Positions 47,737 through 57,083 of a stretch of 64,000 bases of DNA are shown in pieces (the first letter of the stretch is position 1; every line of letters starts with the position of its first letter). The stretch is from the IMG/VR virus record IMGVR_UViG_3300049001_000044, positions 1 to 64,000 of that record. The stretch is one strand, 5' to 3'. Below the pieces are notes generated by a model. It saw only the letters and a list, made by a program, of their open reading frames with translations, had not been told where the DNA came from and searched no databases. The position numbers and the translations under genes were made by a program.

Positions 47737-48089
47737 TTCAGTGAGGCTAGCAAAGGGTGTTGTCGGAGATTTCAGCTGCTCTTCATCTCTTTCGAGTCTT
47801 GCGAAGGGCAACCTACACTTCAAAATTCCGTTAAGATAGAGTTGAAGTTCTCACGGCCTGTTTCATGGCTTATTCAGTTTGACGACGCTGACAAACGCTC
47901 ATGGATAACGTTCACATGAGAGGACGACCACCGATTGGGCGAGGACAACGATGATAGCCTCCGACCATGCCTAACTTAGTGAGCTCGAACGGTGATAAGC
48001 ACCTTGCTCCTAAGGTTTACACAATCGAAACCGCTTACAGTTCACTTGGCTATTTTAGGTAACCAACAACTACGGCTAGCTCGACTGAA
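47737..48089 (-). ncRNA. ~350-nt Y-RNA-like element directly upstream of Ro60
   Basis: Ends pair as GCUAG[C]CGU-A-GUUGUUGG-UUACCU with CCGACAAC-ACCCU-UUG-CUAGC, extended by UUCAGU-GAG/CUC-ACUGAA; TACAAT -10 just upstream; U-rich 3' flank. Confidence 0.75.
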
Positions 48090-48177
48090 ATTAAATTGTA
48101 CAACAGGGGGAGTATTGAAAAAACTGCAACCAGAACAGTTGCAGTTTCAGAAGTAGAAAAGTATATATTGGTGGGCG

Positions 48178-48750
48178 TTAACCTGCCGCGTTCTCTTCTT
48201 TGACTTCCTCGTCTTCTGGGAACTCCAGACGGAAGAGGATGCCAGGCGGGATCAGCATGTGACCATCAGGAATTGCGTAGGTGGCCATCTGCTTGGGGTT
48301 GATCGTGTCTTCAAAGTAGGCAGTGACCAAGTTGCCTTGAGGACTGCGTACTTTGATCCATTCGTAAATCTCCGCATCGTAGTAATGGCCGATGGGAGCA
48401 GGTGGGAGTTCCTCGATAGTGAACTCCATCTGCATTGCGGGATTTTCAGTTGGCTCTGGCTCTTCGACTTTCGCCATCCTCTTCTGTTGCTGTGCGATGA
48501 CGTTTTGAGCATCATCGTACATGAGTTGCGGATTGAAGCCGTAGACGACCCAAACAATTGCAACCTCTAGCAACTTGAAGAGGAAGAAGACACCAAGAGC
48601 TGACACCACGGCGAGGATAATCCATTCAAAAGCGGTACCATGCGGAAGCCAGTTGTACACTCCGAAAGGAACACCGAAAAGAGTGAGAAGGGCTGCAAGT
48701 CTACGCAGTGCAACTACCTTCTTCAGGCGTGGAGTCAGTTCATATTCCAT
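48178..48750 (-). CDS. Membrane protein
   Basis: Two N-terminal hydrophobic helices. Confidence 0.8.
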   Translation of the reverse strand: MEYELTPRLKKVVALRRLAALLTLFGVPFGVYNWLPHGTAFEWIILAVVSALGVFFLFKLLEVAIVWVVYGFNPQLMYDDAQNVIAQQQKRMAKVEEPEPTENPAMQMEFTIEELPPAPIGHYYDAEIYEWIKVRSPQGNLVTAYFEDTINPKQMATYAIPDGHMLIPPGILFRLEFPEDEEVKEENAAG

Positions 48751-49322
48751 TAAGTGAGATCCTTTTTGATGCGGCTGTTGTCAGGGAGGAAGTCGATTAA
48801 GAAGTCCATCTGGTCTTTCAAGATGTTTCTGTTTGCCAAGATCAAGTGCTCTGCACGGGTAGGAACGTATGGCACGTAAAGCAGTTCCATCCGAGCTTCC
48901 TTCAAGGACTTGTCGTCCTTGTACTGGTTGCAACGACGGCAGCAGGTCACCACGTTCATCCAAGTATCCTTACCACCCTTCGATCTTGGAACGATGTGGT
49001 CACGGGTAAGGTTCGTATCGGTGAAGACACCACCGCAGTAACCACACAGATGGCGGTCACGACGGAACAACTCGCGGTTGCTCAGTGATGGTGGACGATT
49101 GCGACGCTTACCGGCTGCTCCCTTCAGAGCAATGATCGACGAAGTCTTGATGATCGACGTACGACCCGTGACCGCATTTTCGCCACCACGGAATTCGAAT
49201 TCAACTTCACCAAGTGACCATGCAATCAGATCCTTCGCCTGGTAGACGACGGCATCTTGCCATGTGATCCATTTGTTTGGTTGACCTTGTGAGTCAAGCT
49301 GCAGAATTTGTGGGTAGCTCAT
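48750..49322 (-). CDS. HNH endonuclease
   Basis: LFRRDRHLCGYCG...TRDHIVPRSKGGKDTWMNVVTCCRRCN. Confidence 0.92.
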   Translation of the reverse strand: MSYPQILQLDSQGQPNKWITWQDAVVYQAKDLIAWSLGEVEFEFRGGENAVTGRTSIIKTSSIIALKGAAGKRRNRPPSLSNRELFRRDRHLCGYCGGVFTDTNLTRDHIVPRSKGGKDTWMNVVTCCRRCNQYKDDKSLKEARMELLYVPYVPTRAEHLILANRNILKDQMDFLIDFLPDNSRIKKDLT

Positions 49323-49596
49323 TTTGTTTTCTCTTTATGGTAGGTTCGGTTGACCTCTAGAAGTGCACGACGAAGCGTAAGAATGCGAAGTCAACAACAA
49401 GGGCACGAGGGATATCCTCGTCGGGGAAAGGATGGATGTACTCCACCCCAAATGACAAACCTAGGATTAGATCGATTTCGAAGTCCATTGCGGTCCCAGA
49501 ATATTTGCGATCTACGTTTATTGTAAGTGTTGTAACACCTCACGAAAACTTCGACCACGAAAGTTGTAAATAGACAGACAACATACAAGGATCACC

Positions 49597-50283
49597 ATGA
49601 AGAAAATCATCCTAGGCTCTGCCGTCTTTCTATTTACTGCCTCATCGTTCGCAAAAAGTGGATGTGAGGACTTCACTTACAACGGGGTGTTTCCAACCAC
49701 TAGGGACAAGGTCACCATCCTTTGCAAGAACGGCTTCGCTGTTGGTTACTCCACCGAGAAGAAGACTCTGTTGTGGGTAGTAGAGAGGATTGACCCTAAC
49801 GCCAAGTACACCATCAAGCATCGCCCATCCTTCCACAAAGACGACGCGCTTCCTCATGACGTTCAATCCAGTAATCAGGACTTCGTCGGTACAGGTTACG
49901 ACAAGGGCCACATGGTTCCATTTGAGGACATGTCCTACAGCAGGGAGTCCGCTTACGATAGCATGAGCCTAACCAATATCGTGCCACAGAACTTTGCGAA
50001 CAATAGAGGCGGATGGAAATCGCTGGAAATGTACGCGCGAAAAAGTGCGAGCTATGGAGTTGTGTACGTGGTGAGTGGCCCTATCTTCGAAGGCAAAATG
50101 GACTATCTCAACAAGCGCGTCCCTATCCCTACCTCGCTCTTTAAGGTCATCATCAATCCCAAGACAAAAAAGACCGAGGCATGGGTCCTACCTAATACGC
50201 CAATCTCCAGCTACGAGGTAGACCACTTCAAAACTACCCCTCAAGCAATTGGGAAGCTAGGAGTGCAAATCACCACCCCATGA
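49597..50283 (+). CDS. Secreted DNA/RNA non-specific endonuclease (NucA family)
   Basis: Signal peptide; GYDKGHM, TNIVPQ...NNRGGW; late promoter GTAAATA upstream. Confidence 0.9.
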   Translation: MKKIILGSAVFLFTASSFAKSGCEDFTYNGVFPTTRDKVTILCKNGFAVGYSTEKKTLLWVVERIDPNAKYTIKHRPSFHKDDALPHDVQSSNQDFVGTGYDKGHMVPFEDMSYSRESAYDSMSLTNIVPQNFANNRGGWKSLEMYARKSASYGVVYVVSGPIFEGKMDYLNKRVPIPTSLFKVIINPKTKKTEAWVLPNTPISSYEVDHFKTTPQAIGKLGVQITTP

Positions 50284-50322
50284 GTTGACGCCCGTCATAG
50301 TTGACAGGTTTCAATGCTGCAG

Positions 50323-50351
50323 AAAAAGGGCTCCACGAGGGAGCCCTTTTT
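50323..50351. terminator. Bidirectional intrinsic terminator
   Basis: AAAAAGGGCTCC-ACGA-GGGAGCCCTTTTT. Confidence 0.75.
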
Positions 50352-50368
50352 CTTTCGAGTTACAGAGG

Positions 50369-51184
50369 TTACGGTGTTACCGGCAATGCACGCTTGTGGA
50401 TTGTCTTCGAGAACTGGTCGATGATGCGCTGCTCTGAGGTCGAGCTGATCTCCTTGCCCTCTAGGTAATCGTCGATCTCGTCGTATGTCACCCCATAGGC
50501 CACTTCGTCTGGCTTGCCTGGGTCCAGATTCTCTAGGTCAGCAGTTGGGGTCTTGTTCACCAACTTATCTGGTGCGCCCAGCGCTTTTCCAATGGCCTTC
50601 ACCTGTCGTTTCGTCAGGCCAGCCAGAGGCATGATGTCAGCAAACCCATCACCGCCTTTCGTGAAGAAGCCCATCACTGCTTCGGCCGCATGGTCAGTAC
50701 CAATCACCAAGCCACCAGTTGCCCCAGCGATTGCATACTGCATGATCATCCGCTGTCGAGCCTTGATATTGCCCATCACGAAGTCTTCATGCTCAATGCT
50801 GTTGAACTTGACTTCGTTGTGGACTTCAAACAGGACAGCTTCGCTTGCACGTCCGATGTTGCAGGTCAACGTGATATCTGGCTGGATGAAGTTGAGAGCT
50901 GCCTGCGCATCCGCTTCGTCACGTTGAGTATGGTAAGGCAGACGGACAGCGATGAACTCTGCATCGTAGCCTTCCGACTTTAGTTTATAGATGGCAAGTT
51001 GTGCGAGCTTACCAGCAGTTGTCGAGTCGACACCACCAGAAATGCCCAGCGTGTAGGTGCGCTGGCCAGATTTCCGCAGATAGTCGGCGAGGAAGTCAAC
51101 ACGACGGTTGATCTCTTGGTCAACATCAATAACTGGTTTAACGTTCAACTCACGAATGATTGCGTCTTGGACTACTTTAAACAT
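50369..51184 (-). CDS. nadE: NH3-dependent NAD+ synthetase
   Basis: LGISGGVDST, GNIKARQRM, IGTDHAAE, GFFTKGGDG, KTPTADLE. Confidence 0.95.
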   Translation of the reverse strand: MFKVVQDAIIRELNVKPVIDVDQEINRRVDFLADYLRKSGQRTYTLGISGGVDSTTAGKLAQLAIYKLKSEGYDAEFIAVRLPYHTQRDEADAQAALNFIQPDITLTCNIGRASEAVLFEVHNEVKFNSIEHEDFVMGNIKARQRMIMQYAIAGATGGLVIGTDHAAEAVMGFFTKGGDGFADIMPLAGLTKRQVKAIGKALGAPDKLVNKTPTADLENLDPGKPDEVAYGVTYDEIDDYLEGKEISSTSEQRIIDQFSKTIHKRALPVTP

Positions 51185-51470
51185 TCTCTTGTTCCTTTTC
51201 AATTTGATTGGCGCATTGACGCATCAGATAGATGGCGTCGACAAAATCCCATTTGTTCCTGGGTAGTCTTGGGAGGGTGAAGCGAACACTCAATGCCCAG
51301 CGGTCGAAGTCAGCGATTTTGGCACCGACTTGGAACTCGCCGTACATGTTCACTCTCCACCTTCGCCCTTTACCAACGAGGTAGAACCAACGGGACTGGC
51401 GCTGTCCACTGCTCTCAGGCTTGAGGCCCGCCTTCTTGCACCAATCTGCCCATTGCTTAGGTAGCTTCAT
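51177..51470 (-). CDS. Hypothetical protein
   Basis: Overlap-coupled to nadE. Confidence 0.7.
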   Translation of the reverse strand: MKLPKQWADWCKKAGLKPESSGQRQSRWFYLVGKGRRWRVNMYGEFQVGAKIADFDRWALSVRFTLPRLPRNKWDFVDAIYLMRQCANQIEKEQENV

Positions 51471-51633
51471 CTCGAATCAGCTCTTTCAGAAGATCCATCC
51501 CACTGTCGTAGTCGCCTTCGTTGAATTCGATGACTGCAGCGCGGATGATGTTGGTGGTTTGGGTGAGGGACATCGTCAGCAACTTCACCTGCTCTTCCAG
51601 TTGCTGGATTTTGAGTTGGTCACCGATGCTCAT
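51457..51633 (-). CDS. Small hypothetical protein (58 aa)
   Basis: MSIGDQLKIQQLEEQVKLL...; fills the gap and overlaps both neighbours. Confidence 0.55.
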   Translation of the reverse strand: MSIGDQLKIQQLEEQVKLLTMSLTQTTNIIRAAVIEFNEGDYDSGMDLLKELIRDEAT

Positions 51634-51800
51634 CGCTTTAGCTTCTCGTATGCTGCCATCGCTGCTTGGGCTTCTTCAACGATGTTCTTAGTCAGGGACG
51701 CCAGGCCCCATCCACCACTTCGTGAGATGTTGCCAGTGAGAGAGGCAGCAATGAACTGCGCAATCTTCTCATTGTACTCGCTAATTGGAATGTGGCTCAC
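51630..51800 (-). CDS. Small hypothetical protein (56 aa)
   Basis: GTG start overlapping the upstream stop. Confidence 0.5.
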   Translation of the reverse strand: MSHIPISEYNEKIAQFIAASLTGNISRSGGWGLASLTKNIVEEAQAAMAAYEKLKR

Positions 51801-52342
51801 GAAGTAAGTTCCTTCAGAATGCGGATGGTGCGTTCACCATCGTTCGTGTCGTGTAAGATGCCGATACCACCCGCAGCAATCCATTCCTGGATATTGTCGT
51901 GGCGGTCATCGATGAGGATGTCACCCTTGTTCTTCACGTGCTTCCACTTGTCACGAGAGTAGGGACCAATCACGACAGGAATTTCGATGTGTGGGAAGCG
52001 GTCTGCCATCCAGTCGATCTTGTCTTTCTCTGCTGAGGGGACAGACGCACGACGAGGAATTGCAGTCAGCATCCTACGTGCTTTAGCTGGGGTCGCCATC
52101 ACCGCCTGCAGCAAGTCTTCTGCATACGGGGTGGTTGGCAGTTCGAAATACAGGCGATCCCACTTTGACAGGAACGACCACATTTCTGCGTCAGCGCCTG
52201 GACCGGCTTGGTGGGAGAAGGTTCGACCCATGTGAATGAAGACGAACGCGTCGAAGTCGGCAACGACGCCGTCCATATCGACGTTGATCTCATTTACGTT
52301 GGGATCAAACGTGGTGATTACTTGGGTTAGTAGATGTTCCAT
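51797..52342 (-). CDS. 5'(3')-deoxyribonucleotidase-like HAD phosphatase
   Basis: VDMDGVVADF, LTA, K, ILIDD. Confidence 0.9.
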   Translation of the reverse strand: MEHLLTQVITTFDPNVNEINVDMDGVVADFDAFVFIHMGRTFSHQAGPGADAEMWSFLSKWDRLYFELPTTPYAEDLLQAVMATPAKARRMLTAIPRRASVPSAEKDKIDWMADRFPHIEIPVVIGPYSRDKWKHVKNKGDILIDDRHDNIQEWIAAGGIGILHDTNDGERTIRILKELTS

Positions 52343-52443
52343 AGGCTCCTCTTGTTATGAGTTATTGTACGTCGCCATCACTCAATAAAAATCTGCGACC
52401 AGATCCGGAGCAAAAGAAAGCCCGACGAATCGGGCTTGTGTCT

Positions 52444-52519
52444 TGGTGCTGTAGAAGGGAATCGAACCCATGACCTCTTCCTTACCAAGAAAGTGCTCTA
52501 CCGACTGAGCTACTACAGC
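52444..52519 (-). tRNA. tRNA-Thr(GGT)
   Basis: Canonical cloverleaf, CCA. Confidence 0.95.
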
Positions 52520-52525
52520 ATGAGA

Positions 52526-52906
52526 TTATTTATGGGCTTCCATCCGTTCCCGGATATCAGCAAACGCTACCTCGAATTCATGCTCCGCTTTGAAGTATTC
52601 ATCTGCATAGTCCGCATATCCCACGGCGATATTGCTCGTACTACTTAATACACCAAATCGGTTCTTCACGATGCGAGCGAGTTGGCAGAGACGGTCGAGG
52701 TCCTCCACCGTCACCTTTGTCAGGACACGCGGTGGTTGCTCATTGCTCAAGAAGGCGTGCTCGTATTTCCAAGTAGCACGCGGCCACGCCTTCGCCTGGT
52801 TAGGATGCAGGATCTTGGGACCGAACTCCACGTGCCCATCCTCGATGTGGTTGTGCTCGAAGACGCCCTTGTCGTTCTTGCGAGTCCAAATGGTAATGGG
52901 CGTCAT
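52526..52906 (-). CDS. Hypothetical protein
   Basis: Overlap-coupled. Confidence 0.75.
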   Translation of the reverse strand: MTPITIWTRKNDKGVFEHNHIEDGHVEFGPKILHPNQAKAWPRATWKYEHAFLSNEQPPRVLTKVTVEDLDRLCQLARIVKNRFGVLSSTSNIAVGYADYADEYFKAEHEFEVAFADIRERMEAHK

Positions 52907-53637
52907 TCCTCCACCTCTTGAAAATCGGAGAGGTCCACATCTACTGACTTCTCTTTGTAGCCCAGCACCTTCGCGATTTGGATGAAGGCCTGCTTCACCA
53001 GCTCTTTGTGCGCCTCACGGCCACCATTCATGAACTGCTCAGCAGTCATCCAAACCACAGCACCGGTTTCGAAGTGCGGTTGGTTGAAGTCGAACTCATC
53101 CTTCACCTCGACAGCATAAAGAGCGAAGGTGTATTCCTTCTCGTCTTGAATCGTACCCTTCAGCACGTTGTAGACGGATTGTTCCTGGTATGTGGTGTTG
53201 TCCAGCTTCAGACCCAGCTCTTCTTCACCCTCACGAATTGCTGCGTGCTTTGAGGATTTGTCGGTAGGATCAACATACCCCTTGCTGATTTGCGGAAGAG
53301 GACCACCATATTTCGGGTCAGACGAAATCATGAACATCATACGCAGCTCCCTGCCATCGTGACGGTAAGGGATGATGCCTGCCTTCTCGACAGGTGGATG
53401 CCAAGTCCAGCAGCCACAGTACTTGCAACCCACTGGGTCCCAGTTCTCGTATCCATCGAAGTGACGGTAGTATGCGTGACCACAGTCGCATTTCGCATCG
53501 TCAGGGAAGTCAGGATTCATGCGCAGCTCGGTGCGCTCTACCATCACCTTCGTGCGAAGATATGGACCCGTGGTGTCAGCATCCGGCTCGGACGACAACA
53601 CCTTGTCTTGGTTTATGCAGTTGAAAATTCTTGCCAT
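52903..53637 (-). CDS. NUDIX hydrolase with N-terminal Cys/His zinc-binding domain
   Basis: CDCGHAYYRHF...CKYCGC, then KAGIIPY...KGYVD...AAIREGEEELGL. Confidence 0.88.
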   Translation of the reverse strand: MARIFNCINQDKVLSSEPDADTTGPYLRTKVMVERTELRMNPDFPDDAKCDCGHAYYRHFDGYENWDPVGCKYCGCWTWHPPVEKAGIIPYRHDGRELRMMFMISSDPKYGGPLPQISKGYVDPTDKSSKHAAIREGEEELGLKLDNTTYQEQSVYNVLKGTIQDEKEYTFALYAVEVKDEFDFNQPHFETGAVVWMTAEQFMNGGREAHKELVKQAFIQIAKVLGYKEKSVDVDLSDFQEVEE

Positions 53638-53687
53638 CGTTCCTCCTTTGTACTTGTTATTGTACAACGATGGCGATCGTGTTGAAA

Positions 53688-54608
53688 CTAAGTCCTGGTC
53701 TCCAACACTTTGGGATGTAAGCTGATTACGTTATCGACGTATTTCACTTGTCTTGTAAATCGATATCGATGCAAGATGTCGAATACCCTCTTGCTGGGGT
53801 ATTTGCCAAACTCAAGTCTGTCTCTTTGCGTTACGAGCTCAGACTTCTCATCGTATATTTCCTTCACTCGTTCGAAGCCGGTCATCTTGAACTTTTGTGG
53901 GATGACGTCGAACCCCGCTCTAGAGTACAAGTCGCATTTATTGGCGTACCCAGTCGAGGAACATCGTGCCGTCCTGAAGAATCTACGGAATGAACCGACT
54001 AACTCAGGATCATGTATGAAGAAGAATGGGATGATACTTCTTTGGGTATTTGTCGCGTAGCGAAGTAAACCCAAAATCGTGTAATTGACATTTGGACCTT
54101 CTGAGTAACAGTTACCGCTAAAGATGACGGTACCCTCAGTTACCAGCTCACTCATCTTCATGTGCGTGCAGATTTGCGGACTAGTACAGCTATGCGTTAA
54201 GACGTAGGACTCAAGCTCCCGTTCTATGAAGTCAATGATCTTGAAGTCTTTGAACTCAACCGCCAATCCATTCATGTCTACGAAAGTCTTCAGCGTTTCC
54301 AAGTCTTCAACATTGAGTACCTCACCGTCATCAGTCACATACTGCACCGACATTAGCTTGAATGGAACACCTGACTTCATCCAAGCGCAAACCATCGCTT
54401 GACTATCGACCCCTCCTGATACCATTAGAGTGAATGGTGCGGGATACTTATCAGCGATCCTTCTTACAGAATTAACGGCAGCCGTCAGTGGTGGTAGATC
54501 ATTCTCATCTACCACACTAAAGTCCATCACGTATGGGATAGATCGACTGGGCGTCTGAGATAACTTAAGGCCCCATCCCTTTTTCACCCAATCCAAAATC
54601 ACCCCCAT
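53688..54608 (-). CDS. PP-loop (adenine-nucleotide alpha-hydrolase) protein, start uncertain
   Basis: LMVSGGVDSQ PP-loop. Confidence 0.75.
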   Translation of the reverse strand: MGVILDWVKKGWGLKLSQTPSRSIPYVMDFSVVDENDLPPLTAAVNSVRRIADKYPAPFTLMVSGGVDSQAMVCAWMKSGVPFKLMSVQYVTDDGEVLNVEDLETLKTFVDMNGLAVEFKDFKIIDFIERELESYVLTHSCTSPQICTHMKMSELVTEGTVIFSGNCYSEGPNVNYTILGLLRYATNTQRSIIPFFFIHDPELVGSFRRFFRTARCSSTGYANKCDLYSRAGFDVIPQKFKMTGFERVKEIYDEKSELVTQRDRLEFGKYPSKRVFDILHRYRFTRQVKYVDNVISLHPKVLETRT

Positions 54609-54612
54609 ATCG

Positions 54613-56208
54613 TTACATGCACGCAACACCGGTGCAATAGCAGTCCATCTGTTTTGCGCTACCACAGTTGTGGCAAGCGGTACAGCCGTTCGTTGCGCAT
54701 GTTGTGACATTACAAGTACCGCCGGTCGCGTAAGGCGTGATCTTCAACTGTGGATCAACAGTTGGGTCGCTCTCGTCTAGCGTATCAGCAACAACCCACA
54801 TTCTAACTTGGTAGGGGACTTCTCCGCCTTCACGAAGGGAGAGAGTGAAATTGATGTCGAAGTATTTCCAAGTCGAACCATCTGTGATGTCGATCTTACC
54901 AAGTAGCAGGCCGTTGTCAAATGTCATGCCTTCAGGCAAGCCGTCGCAAGTTGCACTTGACACCGTTAGTCTGTTGAAGAGGTCGAAGCCCCACTCTTGC
55001 CCACTCTTGACCTTTAGCTCAGCCAGGGCGCCAACACCGACATCATATGGCTTGGTCTTGAATGTAGTGACTAGGTTAACGGACGAGGAGTATTTTGGAT
55101 CATCCAGATGAATCAAATTTCTGCGGTAGAAGCCCACTGTGCCAACGAAGGTTTGCACAAACGTATCTTCACTGATCGATTTGATAGCAATTTGCCCGTC
55201 GCTAGTAACAGCAGTGGCGAGATTATACGCAGTTGCTGCAGTATGGATCGCAGCTGCGATAGATGTTCCGGATACCAATCCATATCCACCACCAACCAGC
55301 GCGACGTAGATGTCTTCACCTGGTGCCCAGCCATCTAGCTGTCCACCATTCGTAGCGCCAGTAGTCAAGCTGGTCGCTGACGAGTAATTGGAGAAATCTG
55401 ATGGCATGAAATCCTGGCTATAAGAGCCGATCGTGGTCACCATATCCATGCCAGCAGGGGTCACATCGCCGATCTCAACTCCACTGTTACCTGCAGCGGC
55501 GACAGCGTAGACGCCGGCTTCGATAAGCTTGGCGATTTTGGATTCGATGAATGTGTTCTTAGCAATACCCCAGCTCATGTTCACGACAGAGGCGGTCTTT
55601 CCATTTGCCACAAAGTCAGAGATGATGGCATCGAATGCGTCAAGCAAATCACTCTGCAGAGTCTCGACGGAATTGTCGAACACCTTAACCACCTTGACAC
55701 TTGCAGACGTCATGCCGCATGTCTTACCAGCGATGACGCTTGCGAGAGATGTGCCGTGACCAGTGGTGTCAGTGAAGTCACTCGTGAACGAGTGCATGGT
55801 TTGAATCTTCGCATCCGCAAATTCAGGGTGTGTCAAGTCAATACCACTGTCCATGATATAGATGGTGACATTATTACCCAAGATAGGGTAGGTCTCTACA
55901 TCGGTGGAAAAGTCTGGGGTCATGATACTAGCGACCTTCCACCAATCCTTCGAGTCGGTATTTGAGAACTGTCCGTATTGGAAATCTGTACCTAGATCGA
56001 AACTTACACCCATCAGATTGATTGGGTTCGATTCGTTCTTAATAGCTGTCTCCACGATGTCAGTGACAGGCGGCTCAATGTCGGTGTCTACCAGATAAAC
56101 TTCTTCATAGTTCTGGTACTGCTTCACCACATTGCAGTTGTTTGCCTGGAGGTAAGCTTGGATATCTGCAAGGGTAGCGTCTTGCTTAAAGTCGACTAGG
56201 AATTTCAT
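54613..56208 (-). CDS. Subtilisin-family (S8) protease with Cys-rich C-terminal tail
   Basis: IYIMDSGID, GHGT, AAGNSG, SGTSIAA; C-terminal segment with 8 Cys. Confidence 0.92.
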   Translation of the reverse strand: MKFLVDFKQDATLADIQAYLQANNCNVVKQYQNYEEVYLVDTDIEPPVTDIVETAIKNESNPINLMGVSFDLGTDFQYGQFSNTDSKDWWKVASIMTPDFSTDVETYPILGNNVTIYIMDSGIDLTHPEFADAKIQTMHSFTSDFTDTTGHGTSLASVIAGKTCGMTSASVKVVKVFDNSVETLQSDLLDAFDAIISDFVANGKTASVVNMSWGIAKNTFIESKIAKLIEAGVYAVAAAGNSGVEIGDVTPAGMDMVTTIGSYSQDFMPSDFSNYSSATSLTTGATNGGQLDGWAPGEDIYVALVGGGYGLVSGTSIAAAIHTAATAYNLATAVTSDGQIAIKSISEDTFVQTFVGTVGFYRRNLIHLDDPKYSSSVNLVTTFKTKPYDVGVGALAELKVKSGQEWGFDLFNRLTVSSATCDGLPEGMTFDNGLLLGKIDITDGSTWKYFDINFTLSLREGGEVPYQVRMWVVADTLDESDPTVDPQLKITPYATGGTCNVTTCATNGCTACHNCGSAKQMDCYCTGVACM

Positions 56209-56225
56209 GGTGTCCTTATTTTGGT

Positions 56226-56453
56226 TTACCACTTGTTAAGTGGGCACTCAACGTTCAATAGCTTTGTCTTTGCCGTCATAAAGCACCCGCACTCCTTGCA
56301 AGTCTTCGTGAGCTTGATAAGTGAGGGGCACTCGACACAAATCTCGATGCGCTTCTTCGCGACATCTGTTGGTGCAAGCTGGCCTTGGACGCGTTCAGCA
56401 ACTTCTTCAGCAACTTCCTGCACTCTAGCCTTTAGTTTGTCTGCGAATGACAT
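56226..56453 (-). CDS. Small Cys-rich protein (DUF6171-like)
   Basis: RIEICVEC...CKECGCFMTAKT...CPLNKW. Confidence 0.85.
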   Translation of the reverse strand: MSFADKLKARVQEVAEEVAERVQGQLAPTDVAKKRIEICVECPSLIKLTKTCKECGCFMTAKTKLLNVECPLNKW

Positions 56454-56481
56454 GTTAAGCCTTCTATGGTTGATGGGATAT

Positions 56482-56949
56482 TTATTGGGCTAGCTTTCGA
56501 ATCTTCTCCGCACACGCGGACACGATGTGACGTTGGGAACGTCGACCCTTCTTGTTGAATTCCGCTTCAGTGAACCAAACAACTTCCTTGGTCTCATAGT
56601 GCGGTTTGCCGAAGTCGCGAACGTCATCGACCCGGCAGATCATGACAGTAAAAGGATACTTGGCGTCTAGCCCTTCCAACTCGCCCGTCCATCCCGTGGT
56701 TAGGGTACCATCCACGATGTTCGAACGACGAAGTCCAAGTTCTTCTTCGGCTTCCCTAACACCTGCAACTTCCTCAGTCTCTCCTGGGTCAATGCCACCC
56801 TTAGCAATCATGGGGTCTGGACCACCATAGGCCGCGTCGGACGAGATCATGAAAGCCATGCGAGGTTCGCCATTGGCTTCCAATACGTAGGGAATGCATC
56901 CTGCTTTCCCACGCTTCTTGGGTGCTTCGAAAAGTTGATGTAGTTTCAT
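56482..56949 (-). CDS. NUDIX hydrolase with capsid-targeting-like N-terminus
   Basis: MKLHQLFEA; KGGIDPGETEEVAGVREAEEELGL; late promoter at 56979. Confidence 0.9.
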   Translation of the reverse strand: MKLHQLFEAPKKRGKAGCIPYVLEANGEPRMAFMISSDAAYGGPDPMIAKGGIDPGETEEVAGVREAEEELGLRRSNIVDGTLTTGWTGELEGLDAKYPFTVMICRVDDVRDFGKPHYETKEVVWFTEAEFNKKGRRSQRHIVSACAEKIRKLAQ

Positions 56950-57003
56950 GTTGGGATGAGTGTAAGTGATAGTGAAGCTATTTATCCAGCGCATAGCTCA
57001 GGA

Positions 57004-57083
57004 CTTACCAGTGAGGCCCAGAGACCTCCACCACGTCACGATGTAGAAGCCCATAGACAACGAAGGGACCTCTCTGGGCCCCT
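57004..57083. repeat. Dispersed inverted-repeat module
   Basis: CTTACCAGTGAGGCCCAGAGACCTCC ... GGACCTCTCTGGGCCCC. Confidence 0.7.

Noticed and set aside
47653-47919. 88-aa plus-strand ORF upstream of Ro60
   Set aside because: Antisense to the Y-like RNA and the Ro60 start; no RBS or recognisable content.
2272-57083. CRISPR interpretation of the repeat-spacer-repeat modules
   Set aside because: Arms are inverted, units are single and dispersed, and no cas genes are in the window.
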